NCBI GenBank assembly: GCA_046761065.1 | Contig: JBHIFL010000074.1 | Location: forward strand, 1-19,782 | Reading direction: 5' to 3' | Length of the DNA stretch: 19,782 nt | Origin: Candidatus Heimdallarchaeota archaeon | GTDB taxonomy: Archaea; Asgardarchaeota; Wukongarchaeia; Wukongarchaeales; JBHIFL01 | Shown: positions 1 through 8,060 of the stretch, one piece after another | Position numbering within the stretch: position 1 is the stretch's first letter | Layout: each line of letters begins with the position of its first letter | Made by a program: the position numbers and the translations under genes | The notes under the pieces: model-generated | What the model was told of the DNA's origin: nothing | Database searches by the model: none | The model's input: only the letters and a program-made list of their open reading frames with translations

Positions 1-369
1 ATGTGTGACGATATGATTCTGAGCAAGCGCAATATGCTCTGCATTGAAGTGACGATCTCCCTCTATTTTAAGGTGATCATGCCAAAGAATTGTCGCTAGG
101 TCCTTTGTGGGAGTTGTCATATGCACTTCCCCCTGATAGTTGCGGGCAAAAAGGCCCGGGACGTAGCCGACATGATCCAGATGTGCGTGGCTTACAATTA
201 CTCCACTTAGATCTTCTATATGCTCCTCAATACCTTCTGGAGCACATGTTGGGGTATCAGGATTGATCTTTAACCCACAATCGAGGATGATCTTAGTGTC
301 TTTGTCTTCGATAAGGATACAGCTTCTTCCAACTTCTTTCGCTGCACCATACGCTGTAATTTTTAACAT
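1..369 (-). CDS. Beta-CASP / MBL-fold ribonuclease (aCPSF-like, no KH domains), 5' part; runs off the left edge
   Basis: Manual translation from ATG 369: MLKITAYGAAKEVGRSCILIEDKDTKIILDCGLKINP...VIVSHAHLDHVGYVPGLF...VHMTTPTKDLATILWHDHLKI. The GAxxEVGRSC, LDCG and HxHxDH motifs are typical of beta-CASP RNases. The frame is open to base 1. Not in the ORF track. Confidence 0.9.
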   Translation of the reverse strand, partial: MLKITAYGAAKEVGRSCILIEDKDTKIILDCGLKINPDTPTCAPEGIEEHIEDLSGVIVSHAHLDHVGYVPGLFARNYQGEVHMTTPTKDLATILWHDHLKIEGDRHFNAEHIALAQNHIVTH

Positions 370-649
370 ATAGCATTTCCTAAGGAATTAGGTATTGGAA
401 ATTCAAGAAAGTACTTTTATTGTCAAATACTCTGTGAATCTCTCTCAAAAAAAGCGTTTCGTTATGAATTCACTCTTCTTACCTATATACTACCTTCAAT
501 ATCTTTTGGGATTAGGATGCTTATTAAATCTTGTTAATTGACTAATTTTTATGTGCTTCATCGACATGCGGGGGCTAAAGAGAGAATAATAAGACATCAA
601 TCAACCGCGAAATTTTTAAAGTCCAAAAAATCGAGCATTACTACTTAAT

Positions 650-1055
650 TTAAGTTTTTTGTAGATATAGTTGATAATAAATCCATTTATACAAAAATAA
701 GCAAACAAAGATTGTCACACACGTAGAGAATAATACATCAGAAGCATAATAGGTTCCAATCACATTTCTTCCCATCGCAACTATTACTCCCCATAGAAAA
801 ATTGCACATCCGACAAGGATTCGAACTTTCTATCTTTTTTAACATGTAAACAGAAATAATGGTAGGAGCGTCCATCCCATGACCATATGTCCGGAAGGAA
901 AGGGCTCATGGCCATTGATCCCTTTAGGAATGAACCAAGGAGAATAACTTGAGTGATCTGGTGTTAAGTCTTTAAATCACGCCAGTCCCCAGAACATTTA
1001 GTGGGTCTGACAAAAACTAGAGGATTAAGGATTGCAAGGAAATTAGTGATTATGG
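650..1055 (-). pseudogene. PAP2-family membrane phosphatase remnant
   Basis: One frame reads FWGLA*FKDLTPDHSSYSPWFIPKGINGHEPFPSGHMVMGW...C*KR*KVRILVG...MGRNVIGTYYASDVLFS...KT*. The PSGH motif is intact and the SRxxxxxHxxxD motif is degenerate (H to Y). Stops at 977-979, 839-841 and 830-832, frameshift near 1000, no 5' end found. Confidence 0.8.
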
Positions 1056-1455
1056 TGAAATTTAGTTTATACAAGAAAAAGGAAATATCAATTTTTTTCA
1101 GAAGAAGTTGTATAAGTATTACACATTTCACATTAATTAGAAGAAAATAATATACAATTCTTATACACTATTATAAGATTTGGAAGTTCAAACAAGGGGT
1201 TTTCATCCTTATATGCTTGACCTCCAACTTCACGGTTAACCACAAGATATATCATCTAGCGTTCAATCAAAAACTAGTTACTATTTTGTTCGAAACGCTC
1301 CATCAGTCTCTCGAAACGAGTGCATAAGAACTGCAATAACCGAATAACATTCATTTCGAAATCTGATTTTTCGATAAGCATGTATTCATGATCGTAGTGA
1401 CATCTTGCGGAGTAAGAATAAAAAAAGAAAGTGTCTGGAAAGATCTACTCAAAAA

Positions 1456-1979
1456 TCACCTCTTTTTAAAACTGAATACTAATAAACTCACTGAAAAGAT
1501 AATAGCCAGTAAATCAAGATAGACTAAAATAATATCCATATTTTGGAAAGAATTTCCTAAGAGGTTAATTTCTGCATAGATAATGATCCCTATTGTGAAA
1601 TAAAAGAAATTTTGCAACATTTCATATTTTTTAAGAGCCAGAATAGTTGTAATTACCGTAATTATGGTTCCCATGATGATGAATGTAAGCTCATATTCTA
1701 TTATACTATAAAAGACAATAGCTCCAGTTATAGCAATGATCAACATCCCCGTGGCGAAAAGTAGATTTTAGTGCTAAACTTATTATTGGAAATGATCAGA
1801 TATCCTACAAATATTAACAATCCAGCCATTAAAAATTCGGAAAGCCAGTGGAAACTTACAAAGACAATGTTTGCTTCTAAATCTGACACTTAGTCATTAA
1901 TAATGAGCATAATCCATAGTATAACATTTAAAATCCCAATAATGATGGAATAATACGCTGTAATTTTTCTTAATTCCAT
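1456..1979 (-). pseudogene. Multi-pass membrane protein of unknown function, frameshifted; ORF 1456..1746 is its 3' fragment
   Basis: From ATG 1979: MELRKITAYYSIIIGILNVI /frameshift ~1920/ LWIMLIIND*VSDLEANIVFVSFHWLSEFLMAGLLIFVGY...KIY /frameshift ~1758/ FATGMLIIAITGAIVFY... Hydrophobic helices continue across the breaks. TAA at 1890-1892. Confidence 0.7.
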
Positions 1980-2085
1980 TTGTTATCATCTATTTAATCT
2001 GTTTTATCTTGTAAAAATAATAATTACGCTTGAGATTTTAGTTAAATCAATCTTATCTTATTCTTATGGGCTTATCTTAAGGACA

Positions 2086-2693
2086 TTATTTCCATTTTGG
2101 AATCAATATTGAAACTTCTTTCTGATAAGTATTATATTCTTCACTAAAAAAACTTTGATAAATTCATCTTCTTTTTTTGAAATTAAGTAAATTAATGCCA
2201 CCAAAACTGGAGTGAAAAGCATAGAATACTGGACTGAAAGAATGACAGATATTCCGATGTGCGCTAAAATCCAGCCGAAATATTGTGGATGTCTCACAAT
2301 CGAATAAACTCCTGTAGTTAAAATATTCTATGGTTTGCTATGATTTTCAGCTGCTTCCATCCCAGTTGCCCTCACGCCTGCAATCCCGAACCATGCACCA
2401 ACCATTGTTAAGGGTAAAAATATAATCAGGTGTATAATTGGAATTGGACAATTTATAATTGATATTGTTATATTTGCAAATAGGGGAATAATAATTGTTG
2501 GCTGGGGGGAAATCTATAACCCTATCAACAAGATTAACTCCATTGATCCAGAAGTCGAGCCATAAATTTTCCCAATCTTTATTCCCTTTTCATTTCCGTA
2601 CTTTTCCTGAAGTTTTATGTGTTCCACTGATATAAAGTGCAGAAATGTCACGATAAAGAAACTTGCTGCACAAATGAAAAACCAAACAGACAT
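2086..2693 (-). pseudogene. Isoprenylcysteine carboxyl methyltransferase / PEMT-family membrane methyltransferase, disrupted
   Basis: From ATG 2693: MSVWFFICAASFF...LIGL*ISPQP...ENHSKP*NILTTGVYSIVRHPQYFGWILAH...SKKEDEFIKVF. TTGxYSxVRHPQY is the family motif. In-frame TAGs at 2514-2516 and 2328-2330. A frameshift in the A7 run (2146-2152) restores the expected tail FSEEYNTYQKEVSILIPKWK*. Confidence 0.85.
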
Positions 2694-2812
2694 TTTTCTT
2701 CTAGTGTATTATCAATTCAATCGTTCCCAAAAAAAATAGCGACTCTATCATATTTTTTATAAAGATGATCTATCTTTTTTCGATAACGGCTTCCTGCTCT
2801 TCATTTAGTTCG

Positions 2813-3877
2813 CTAGACGATAGCAAGACATTGTTCGGGACACCGGTAGATACAGGCATTACAATTGATACAATTTTCAGGATGAACGAGATTAGCTTTG
2901 TGAAATTCCAGATCCATCTCATAAACACCTCGAGGACAAACTTGATAGCACAAGGTGCAACCTGAACAGGCTTCTTCATTTATCTGAATCTCTCCATAGG
3001 GATTAAGCGAATATATACCTGTAAGAAAGGGAAATTTCTGGTGGCCATGCCTGTAGAATAAAGCTCCAAGGTCGCTTTTGTACGTAGGAGATGTTCCATT
3101 GAAATCAATGCCAATTACAGATACCACGAGGATTGCCATGATCAACAGATGTGTAAAGGAGAAGGGTTTTCCAGTAGTCCACATGGAGAGCCCCACAATT
3201 GCCACAAGGTAGATGACTGCACTGAAACCCGCTTTCACAAAGCCGGATCTTGTGGGGAGGTATGGAAATGAGATGTACATCCCATAGACGATGATGCCGG
3301 CCCATATAATTAAGGAGTGATAGAGTTCTGAAAAGAAAACAATTAACGGGAGTGATAGTATTAAGACCATGGTAACAAAATACATGGTGGCCATCTCCAA
3401 CCGGGCTTGCAACGGGAATTCGACCAGCTGCATCTTTTTGCTCTTTTTAAAACCGGATTTAATGTACTGCGGAATATCTTTCGCATAAACCGGACCAAAC
3501 TTTATATGCCATCCGGTTTCCTGTTGAATTTTCTTGGGGTCGATCCCGGGGGCACTGAGCTGGGGGGCAATCAGGGTGCGGTGTTTCACCCGTTTGTTGA
3601 TATCGCTGGTCTTTATTGCAGAGATCACAGAATGAGCGGTGAACTCGCCTCCACTCGCAGCACACCACACATTGATTCCATTAGTAGGCGCCACGAGAAG
3701 GTAGCAATTCTGCCCTTGAAGATATTTAGAGAGGCGCTTCAAGGTCAAGACAAAATTAGCTGTTAAGAACACTGGACTGTGTTCATTTGGTGTTCCAAAT
3801 ATTCGTAATCCTGGCTCCACGGGAAAGTGGACCCAGCGGAAAAGGAAAGCAGCGACCAGTTTGAGTGTGGTTTTCAA
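2813..3877 (-). CDS. hgcAB: Fused HgcAB-like protein: corrinoid-binding (CFeSP/HgcA-type) domain, about 4 TM helices and a 2x[4Fe-4S] ferredoxin domain
   Basis: PGLRIFGTPNEHSPVFLTANF, TNGINVWCAASGGEF (cap helix; canonical HgcA is NVWCAAGK), LIAPQLSAPGID and GWHIKFGPVYAKDIPQY, then a hydrophobic block, then CSGCTLCYQVCP and CINCNACIYRCP. TTG start. The symbol indicates homology only, not mercury-methylation activity. Confidence 0.92.
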   Translation of the reverse strand: MKTTLKLVAAFLFRWVHFPVEPGLRIFGTPNEHSPVFLTANFVLTLKRLSKYLQGQNCYLLVAPTNGINVWCAASGGEFTAHSVISAIKTSDINKRVKHRTLIAPQLSAPGIDPKKIQQETGWHIKFGPVYAKDIPQYIKSGFKKSKKMQLVEFPLQARLEMATMYFVTMVLILSLPLIVFFSELYHSLIIWAGIIVYGMYISFPYLPTRSGFVKAGFSAVIYLVAIVGLSMWTTGKPFSFTHLLIMAILVVSVIGIDFNGTSPTYKSDLGALFYRHGHQKFPFLTGIYSLNPYGEIQINEEACSGCTLCYQVCPRGVYEMDLEFHKANLVHPENCINCNACIYRCPEQCLAIV

Positions 3878-3886
3878 TCCCGTAGC

Positions 3887-4549
3887 CTAAGCCTCCTTTG
3901 TTGCAACGATTAATGTTAATGAATCCAAAAAGTATTTTGAAACTGATTTAATCTTAAATTGTGTTTCAGTAAGTTTTTGGTCGATGTTTTTTAAAGGCCT
4001 TGTTGTGACTTGTGCAACTAGATAGGTAATTAGGGTCAATGGGATGCGAAGTAGGTAGTAAGCCAATTTTTTAAGCCGAGAAGCGGGTTGAACTTCGTCT
4101 CCGATGATGAGCAGTCCCTCTGTATTCAAAATCCGATGACATTGATTCAATGTAAATCGCTGCTCATCTTCAGTGAGTTCGCTGAATACAAGAATTGCCA
4201 AGACTTTATTGTACGATTGATCCGGTATATGAGTATCCATCTCAACGACGCTCATCTCTTGTAGCTCGATCTTATCTGTCAAATTCTCTTCTTTGACTTT
4301 TTGCCGAGCTACTTTCAGCATCTTTGGCGAGATATCGATGCCTGTTACCTGTGCGCCCTTATTGGCACATAAGATCGCTAAAGTTGCAGTTCCCACGCCA
4401 ATATCTAGAACACGATCATTTTCCAAGATAAACTGTGTAACAATCTCCCGAATTATTTTCAGATGGTTCCCCCAAGTTAGAAGGTTTATTCCCCGGTCAT
4501 AACGGTTTGGGGCAGACTCTAGTAGTTTCATGAATACAGTGGTTGACAT
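3887..4549 (-). CDS. cpaM: Class I SAM-dependent methyltransferase, corrinoid protein-associated (CpaM-like; UbiE/MenG fold)
   Basis: N-terminus MSTTVFMKLLESAPNRYDRGINLLTWG, motif I VLDIGVGTATLA, VTGIDISPKML, LVFSEL and GLLIIGDEV. Directly upstream of the HgcAB-like gene. ATG 4549 is preferred over the TTG at 4582. Confidence 0.85.
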   Translation of the reverse strand: MSTTVFMKLLESAPNRYDRGINLLTWGNHLKIIREIVTQFILENDRVLDIGVGTATLAILCANKGAQVTGIDISPKMLKVARQKVKEENLTDKIELQEMSVVEMDTHIPDQSYNKVLAILVFSELTEDEQRFTLNQCHRILNTEGLLIIGDEVQPASRLKKLAYYLLRIPLTLITYLVAQVTTRPLKNIDQKLTETQFKIKSVSKYFLDSLTLIVATKEA

Positions 4550-4929
4550 TTCAGACCCAACGTTATTGTATTCGTTATCCAAATATTCTTCAATGAAACT
4601 AACTTTATCAAATTTTTGGCTGCGTTGAATATTTGAATTTGTGTGGCTCCTATGCTCATATACTAGGAATAATTCTGAACAAAGACAAGTATCTTTTAGT
4701 TTAGATATGGAATGGCCTACGAATACATCGAAGATCCCTTTGACATGAGATTATAAGAAGCCTTAGACCAATAGAAAGAAATGTATTATAAGTTTCGACA
4801 AATATCCCTCTAGGTTGCGTATCTGAGTATATATTATTACTTTGATGTATTATTACGTAAGTGATCCAATAGAGTAACGTACCTATGTGGGGCTTTCCCG
4901 AATCAAATAAAGAACTAGGAGTGATTTGA

Positions 4930-6069
4930 TTGGATCTTCTTGAATTTGAAGCAAAAGAAATCTTTCAGAAATATCAGATCTCAATTCCTAAAGGTGAAGT
5001 TGTCAAAACTCCTGAAGACGCAAGGCGAATAGCCGAAATTGTTGGCCTTCCAGTTGTTATAAAGGCCCAAGTTCTCTCAGGGAAGCGTGGTAAGGGTGGA
5101 GGCATCAAATTTGCTAAAACAATGGAGGATGTGGAGAATGTCTCCGCGGAACTTCTCGGAAAAGAGCTGTATGGATTGAAGATTGAGAACTTACTTCTCT
5201 ATCATATGGTGCCAGAAGGACACGAACTTTACCTAGGCTTTACAGTAGATCGCGCAGCGAAAAACTATGTGGCAATCGTGAGCAGCGCCGGAGGAATGGA
5301 TATCGAAGAAGTCGCTGAACAAATGCCTGAAAAGATCGTCAAAGAGCATATACCACCATTATTAGGTTTAAGATCATACCAAGCGCTGCGGATGATGAAT
5401 AAAATAGGATTTCGAGGGGGAAAGGCTAGAAGCCTAAGCCAGATGCTTATGAAGTTGTGGGATGTCGTAAGAGATTACGATGCGACTATGGCGGAGATTA
5501 ATCCAGCCATTCTCACGCCCGAAGGCGAGCTAGTTGCTGTAGATGCCCGAATGACGATAGATGATAATGCTCTGTTTCGTCATCCCGAATATAAAGAACG
5601 TATTGAAGCAGGTTTAACAGATCTAACTGAACGGGAAATTGCTGCGCAAAAAGTCCAAGCCTTCTATGTCGAACTGGATGGCGATATTGGTATTATCGGA
5701 AACGGCGCAGGTCTTGTAATGGCCACTCTTGATGTTGTCACTCATTTTGGTGGAAAACCCACGAATTTTCTCGATTTAGGAGGTGGAGCACCTCCTGAAA
5801 GGGTCGCCAAAGCCATAGAGATTGTTACATCACACCCGCGAGTGAAAGTCCTCTTTATCAACATTTTTGGAGGAATTACACGGTGCGATTATATTGCCCA
5901 AGGAATTCTTGATGCCCAAAAACAGTTGGGTCTTGAGATTCCAATGGTTGTCCGAATGCTAGGGACTCGAGAAGATGAGGGGCGGAAACTCCTCGAAAGT
6001 GCCGGCATTGATGTGCTTGACACGATGGAACTCGCGGCCAAACGGGCAGTCAAGTTAGCTGCTATATGA
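4930..6069 (+). CDS. sucC: Succinyl-CoA synthetase (ADP-forming) beta subunit
   Basis: LLEFEAKEIF, VIKAQVLSGKRGKGGG, EINP, DAR, GNGAGLVMATLD, NFLDLGGGA and INIFGGITRCD. AGGAGTGA ribosome-binding site before the TTG. Confidence 0.96.
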   Translation: MDLLEFEAKEIFQKYQISIPKGEVVKTPEDARRIAEIVGLPVVIKAQVLSGKRGKGGGIKFAKTMEDVENVSAELLGKELYGLKIENLLLYHMVPEGHELYLGFTVDRAAKNYVAIVSSAGGMDIEEVAEQMPEKIVKEHIPPLLGLRSYQALRMMNKIGFRGGKARSLSQMLMKLWDVVRDYDATMAEINPAILTPEGELVAVDARMTIDDNALFRHPEYKERIEAGLTDLTEREIAAQKVQAFYVELDGDIGIIGNGAGLVMATLDVVTHFGGKPTNFLDLGGGAPPERVAKAIEIVTSHPRVKVLFINIFGGITRCDYIAQGILDAQKQLGLEIPMVVRMLGTREDEGRKLLESAGIDVLDTMELAAKRAVKLAAI

Positions 6070-6079
6070 GGTGATCTAA

Positions 6080-6949
6080 ATGGCAATACTAATAGATGCA
6101 AAGACACGAACCATCGTTCAGGGAATTACAGGAAAACAAGGGCAATTTCACACGCAAACGATGATTGAGTACAATCCTAATACAATTGTTGGGGGCGTGA
6201 CTCCTGGCAAAGGGGGGCAAGAAACCCTTGGTGTTTCCGTATTCGACTCTGTTCAAGAAGCGGTGGACACCACGAACGCTAATACCTCCATTATCTTTGT
6301 TCCTGCTCCATTCTGCGCTGATGCGGTTCTCGAGGCCATAGACAGCTACCTAAGCCCAATTGTGGTAATCACTGAAGGAATTCCTGTCAAAGATGAAATT
6401 TTGATAATGAACATTGCACGGCAGCAAGAGTGTCAAATTGTTGGGCCAAATACTCCCGGGGTAATCAGCCCTGGAAAAGCAAAGCTCGGGATCATGCCCA
6501 ACCACATTTCTAGTGAAGGTCGAATCGGGATTGTCTCTAGGAGTGGGACGCTAACCCATGAAGTCTCACAGCTACTGATGAAGACCGGCTTTGGGGAGTC
6601 AACAATTGTGGGAATTGGAGGGGATCCGATCATTGGTGTTGACTTTGTCGATGTGCTCAAGATGTTTAAAGACGATCCTCAAACAGAGGGGGTCGCCCTC
6701 ATTGGGGAAATCGGTGGCAACGCTGAGGAACTTGCCGCTGATTATATTGCTGACGAGTTTGAGAAACCAGTTATTGCCTTTATTGCGGGGAGATCTGCGC
6801 CACCCGGCAAAAAAATGGGCCATGCCGGAGCTATTATCACAGGGAAAACGGGTACTGCAAAAAGCAAGATCAATGCCCTCATAAAATCAGGCGTTAGGGT
6901 AGTCAATACTCCTACTCAAATGCCGGAAATCTTTTCTGAACTGCTCTAG
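6080..6949 (+). CDS. sucD: Succinyl-CoA synthetase alpha subunit
   Basis: VQGITGKQGQFHT, VGGVTPGKGG, ITEGIP, GPNTPG, SRSGTLTHE, GIGGDP, GEIGG and MGHAGA (phospho-His). GAGGTGA RBS at 6068-6074 overlaps the sucC stop. Confidence 0.97.
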   Translation: MAILIDAKTRTIVQGITGKQGQFHTQTMIEYNPNTIVGGVTPGKGGQETLGVSVFDSVQEAVDTTNANTSIIFVPAPFCADAVLEAIDSYLSPIVVITEGIPVKDEILIMNIARQQECQIVGPNTPGVISPGKAKLGIMPNHISSEGRIGIVSRSGTLTHEVSQLLMKTGFGESTIVGIGGDPIIGVDFVDVLKMFKDDPQTEGVALIGEIGGNAEELAADYIADEFEKPVIAFIAGRSAPPGKKMGHAGAIITGKTGTAKSKINALIKSGVRVVNTPTQMPEIFSELL

Positions 6950-7001
6950 GCCTTTATACTGAAAAGATCAGGTTTTCAAAAATAAGGTTTGGCACCCAAT
7001 T

Positions 7002-7880
7002 CTAATTGAGCAAGGATTTTAAGTAATGTATGCCCATCTCCCTCACCTTCTCAATATCAAAAAGTGCTATTCTCCTTAAACTATAATTTTTTTCCAGCTC
7101 GTAGATGAAAGCATGACCCAGAAAATACCCCGTATGCGTTTTACCCTGAATATTAAACCATGATCCAAAGAAGTCGTTTACCGCAGCTTGGTTTTCTACT
7201 CTTTTCAAGAATTCTTTGGCTAGCCATCTTTTATGGTGCTCACACCAGGAGCGCCATTGCTTGTCTTGTGCCATGTGCCAGGTTTCTCTTCCTAGGATAA
7301 CATGTTCACACCTCTGGGCGAAACCTTCACTGTAAAGCTGGAATAATGGGTCTTGTTCGGCTTTCTCGAAGGATTCCCATTCACCTCGCCAATTCATATG
7401 GAGGAGATGCCCAATTTCATGAGCCATCAGACCCTGTAATTTATTCTTTGAGTGCCATTTCTGTTCTGCGATATTTTCTAAGCCCATAAGAACCGCGGGT
7501 TGTCCCTTATAGGTTGTAGCCCATCCTGCTCCGCATCCAATGCCAACGTAAATAACAAAAATAATGTTGAAATCTAGTCCTAGCCTTTTCGAGGCTTTTA
7601 CGCAGTTAGACTCGTATGTTACAAGAAAGTTGTCTCTTGCTTTTCGCATCAACTCGAATCGATGTGGGAACAACGAAAAAACGGTTTTAGCTATCTCTCG
7701 CCAATCTGTTTTTTCTGCTTCATAACTTTCGACCTGTTTTTCAAGCAATTCAGGGTATTTCTTCATGTAAGAGGATTGCCAAAGTGCGATCTGTTCATCT
7801 AAGCCCTTGAAACGAGCGTGTCTCCAGAAAGTTAAAAAATCTTGGTAGGTGTCTAAGACTTTGCCTAGTCCTCGCTTCAT
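7002..7880 (-). CDS. Predicted Zn-dependent peptidase (DUF2268-like, HExxH)
   Basis: YVGIGCGAGWAT, zincin motif AHEIGHLLH, downstream LYSEGFA (third ligand) and GYFLG. Confidence 0.7.
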   Translation of the reverse strand: MKRGLGKVLDTYQDFLTFWRHARFKGLDEQIALWQSSYMKKYPELLEKQVESYEAEKTDWREIAKTVFSLFPHRFELMRKARDNFLVTYESNCVKASKRLGLDFNIIFVIYVGIGCGAGWATTYKGQPAVLMGLENIAEQKWHSKNKLQGLMAHEIGHLLHMNWRGEWESFEKAEQDPLFQLYSEGFAQRCEHVILGRETWHMAQDKQWRSWCEHHKRWLAKEFLKRVENQAAVNDFFGSWFNIQGKTHTGYFLGHAFIYELEKNYSLRRIALFDIEKVREMGIHYLKSLLN

Positions 7881-8060
7881 GTGAACCTACGCACCTTCTT
7901 ATTCGCATAAAACTCTAGTATCAGCCACTTAAAGAGGAATTTGGATGTAACAATCAATAGTCCAAAACTCATGCTAGGTTTAGTAATTGAGAGAATGGCC
8001 AAACCCCAAACCGAATGGTTTATTGCCCCATCAATCACATCAGTTTGTATTTATTTCATG

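Noticed and set aside
1274-1445. Short minus-strand frame ...HYDHEYMLIEKSDFEMNVIRLLQFLCTRFERLMERFEQNSN*
   Set aside because: No convincing start or RBS and no family motif.
2813-3877. Calling this a bona fide mercury methylase
   Set aside because: It is a fused form with a non-canonical cap helix (AASGG), no C(M/I)ECGAC motif and no Cys-rich HgcB tail. Fused forms have not been shown to methylate Hg.
7877-8059. Minus-strand frame MK*IQTDVIDGAINHSVWGLA...KVRRFT* ending in an ATGA overlap with the peptidase start
   Set aside because: Early stop, no recognisable motif and short length. It could be a remnant but cannot be supported.
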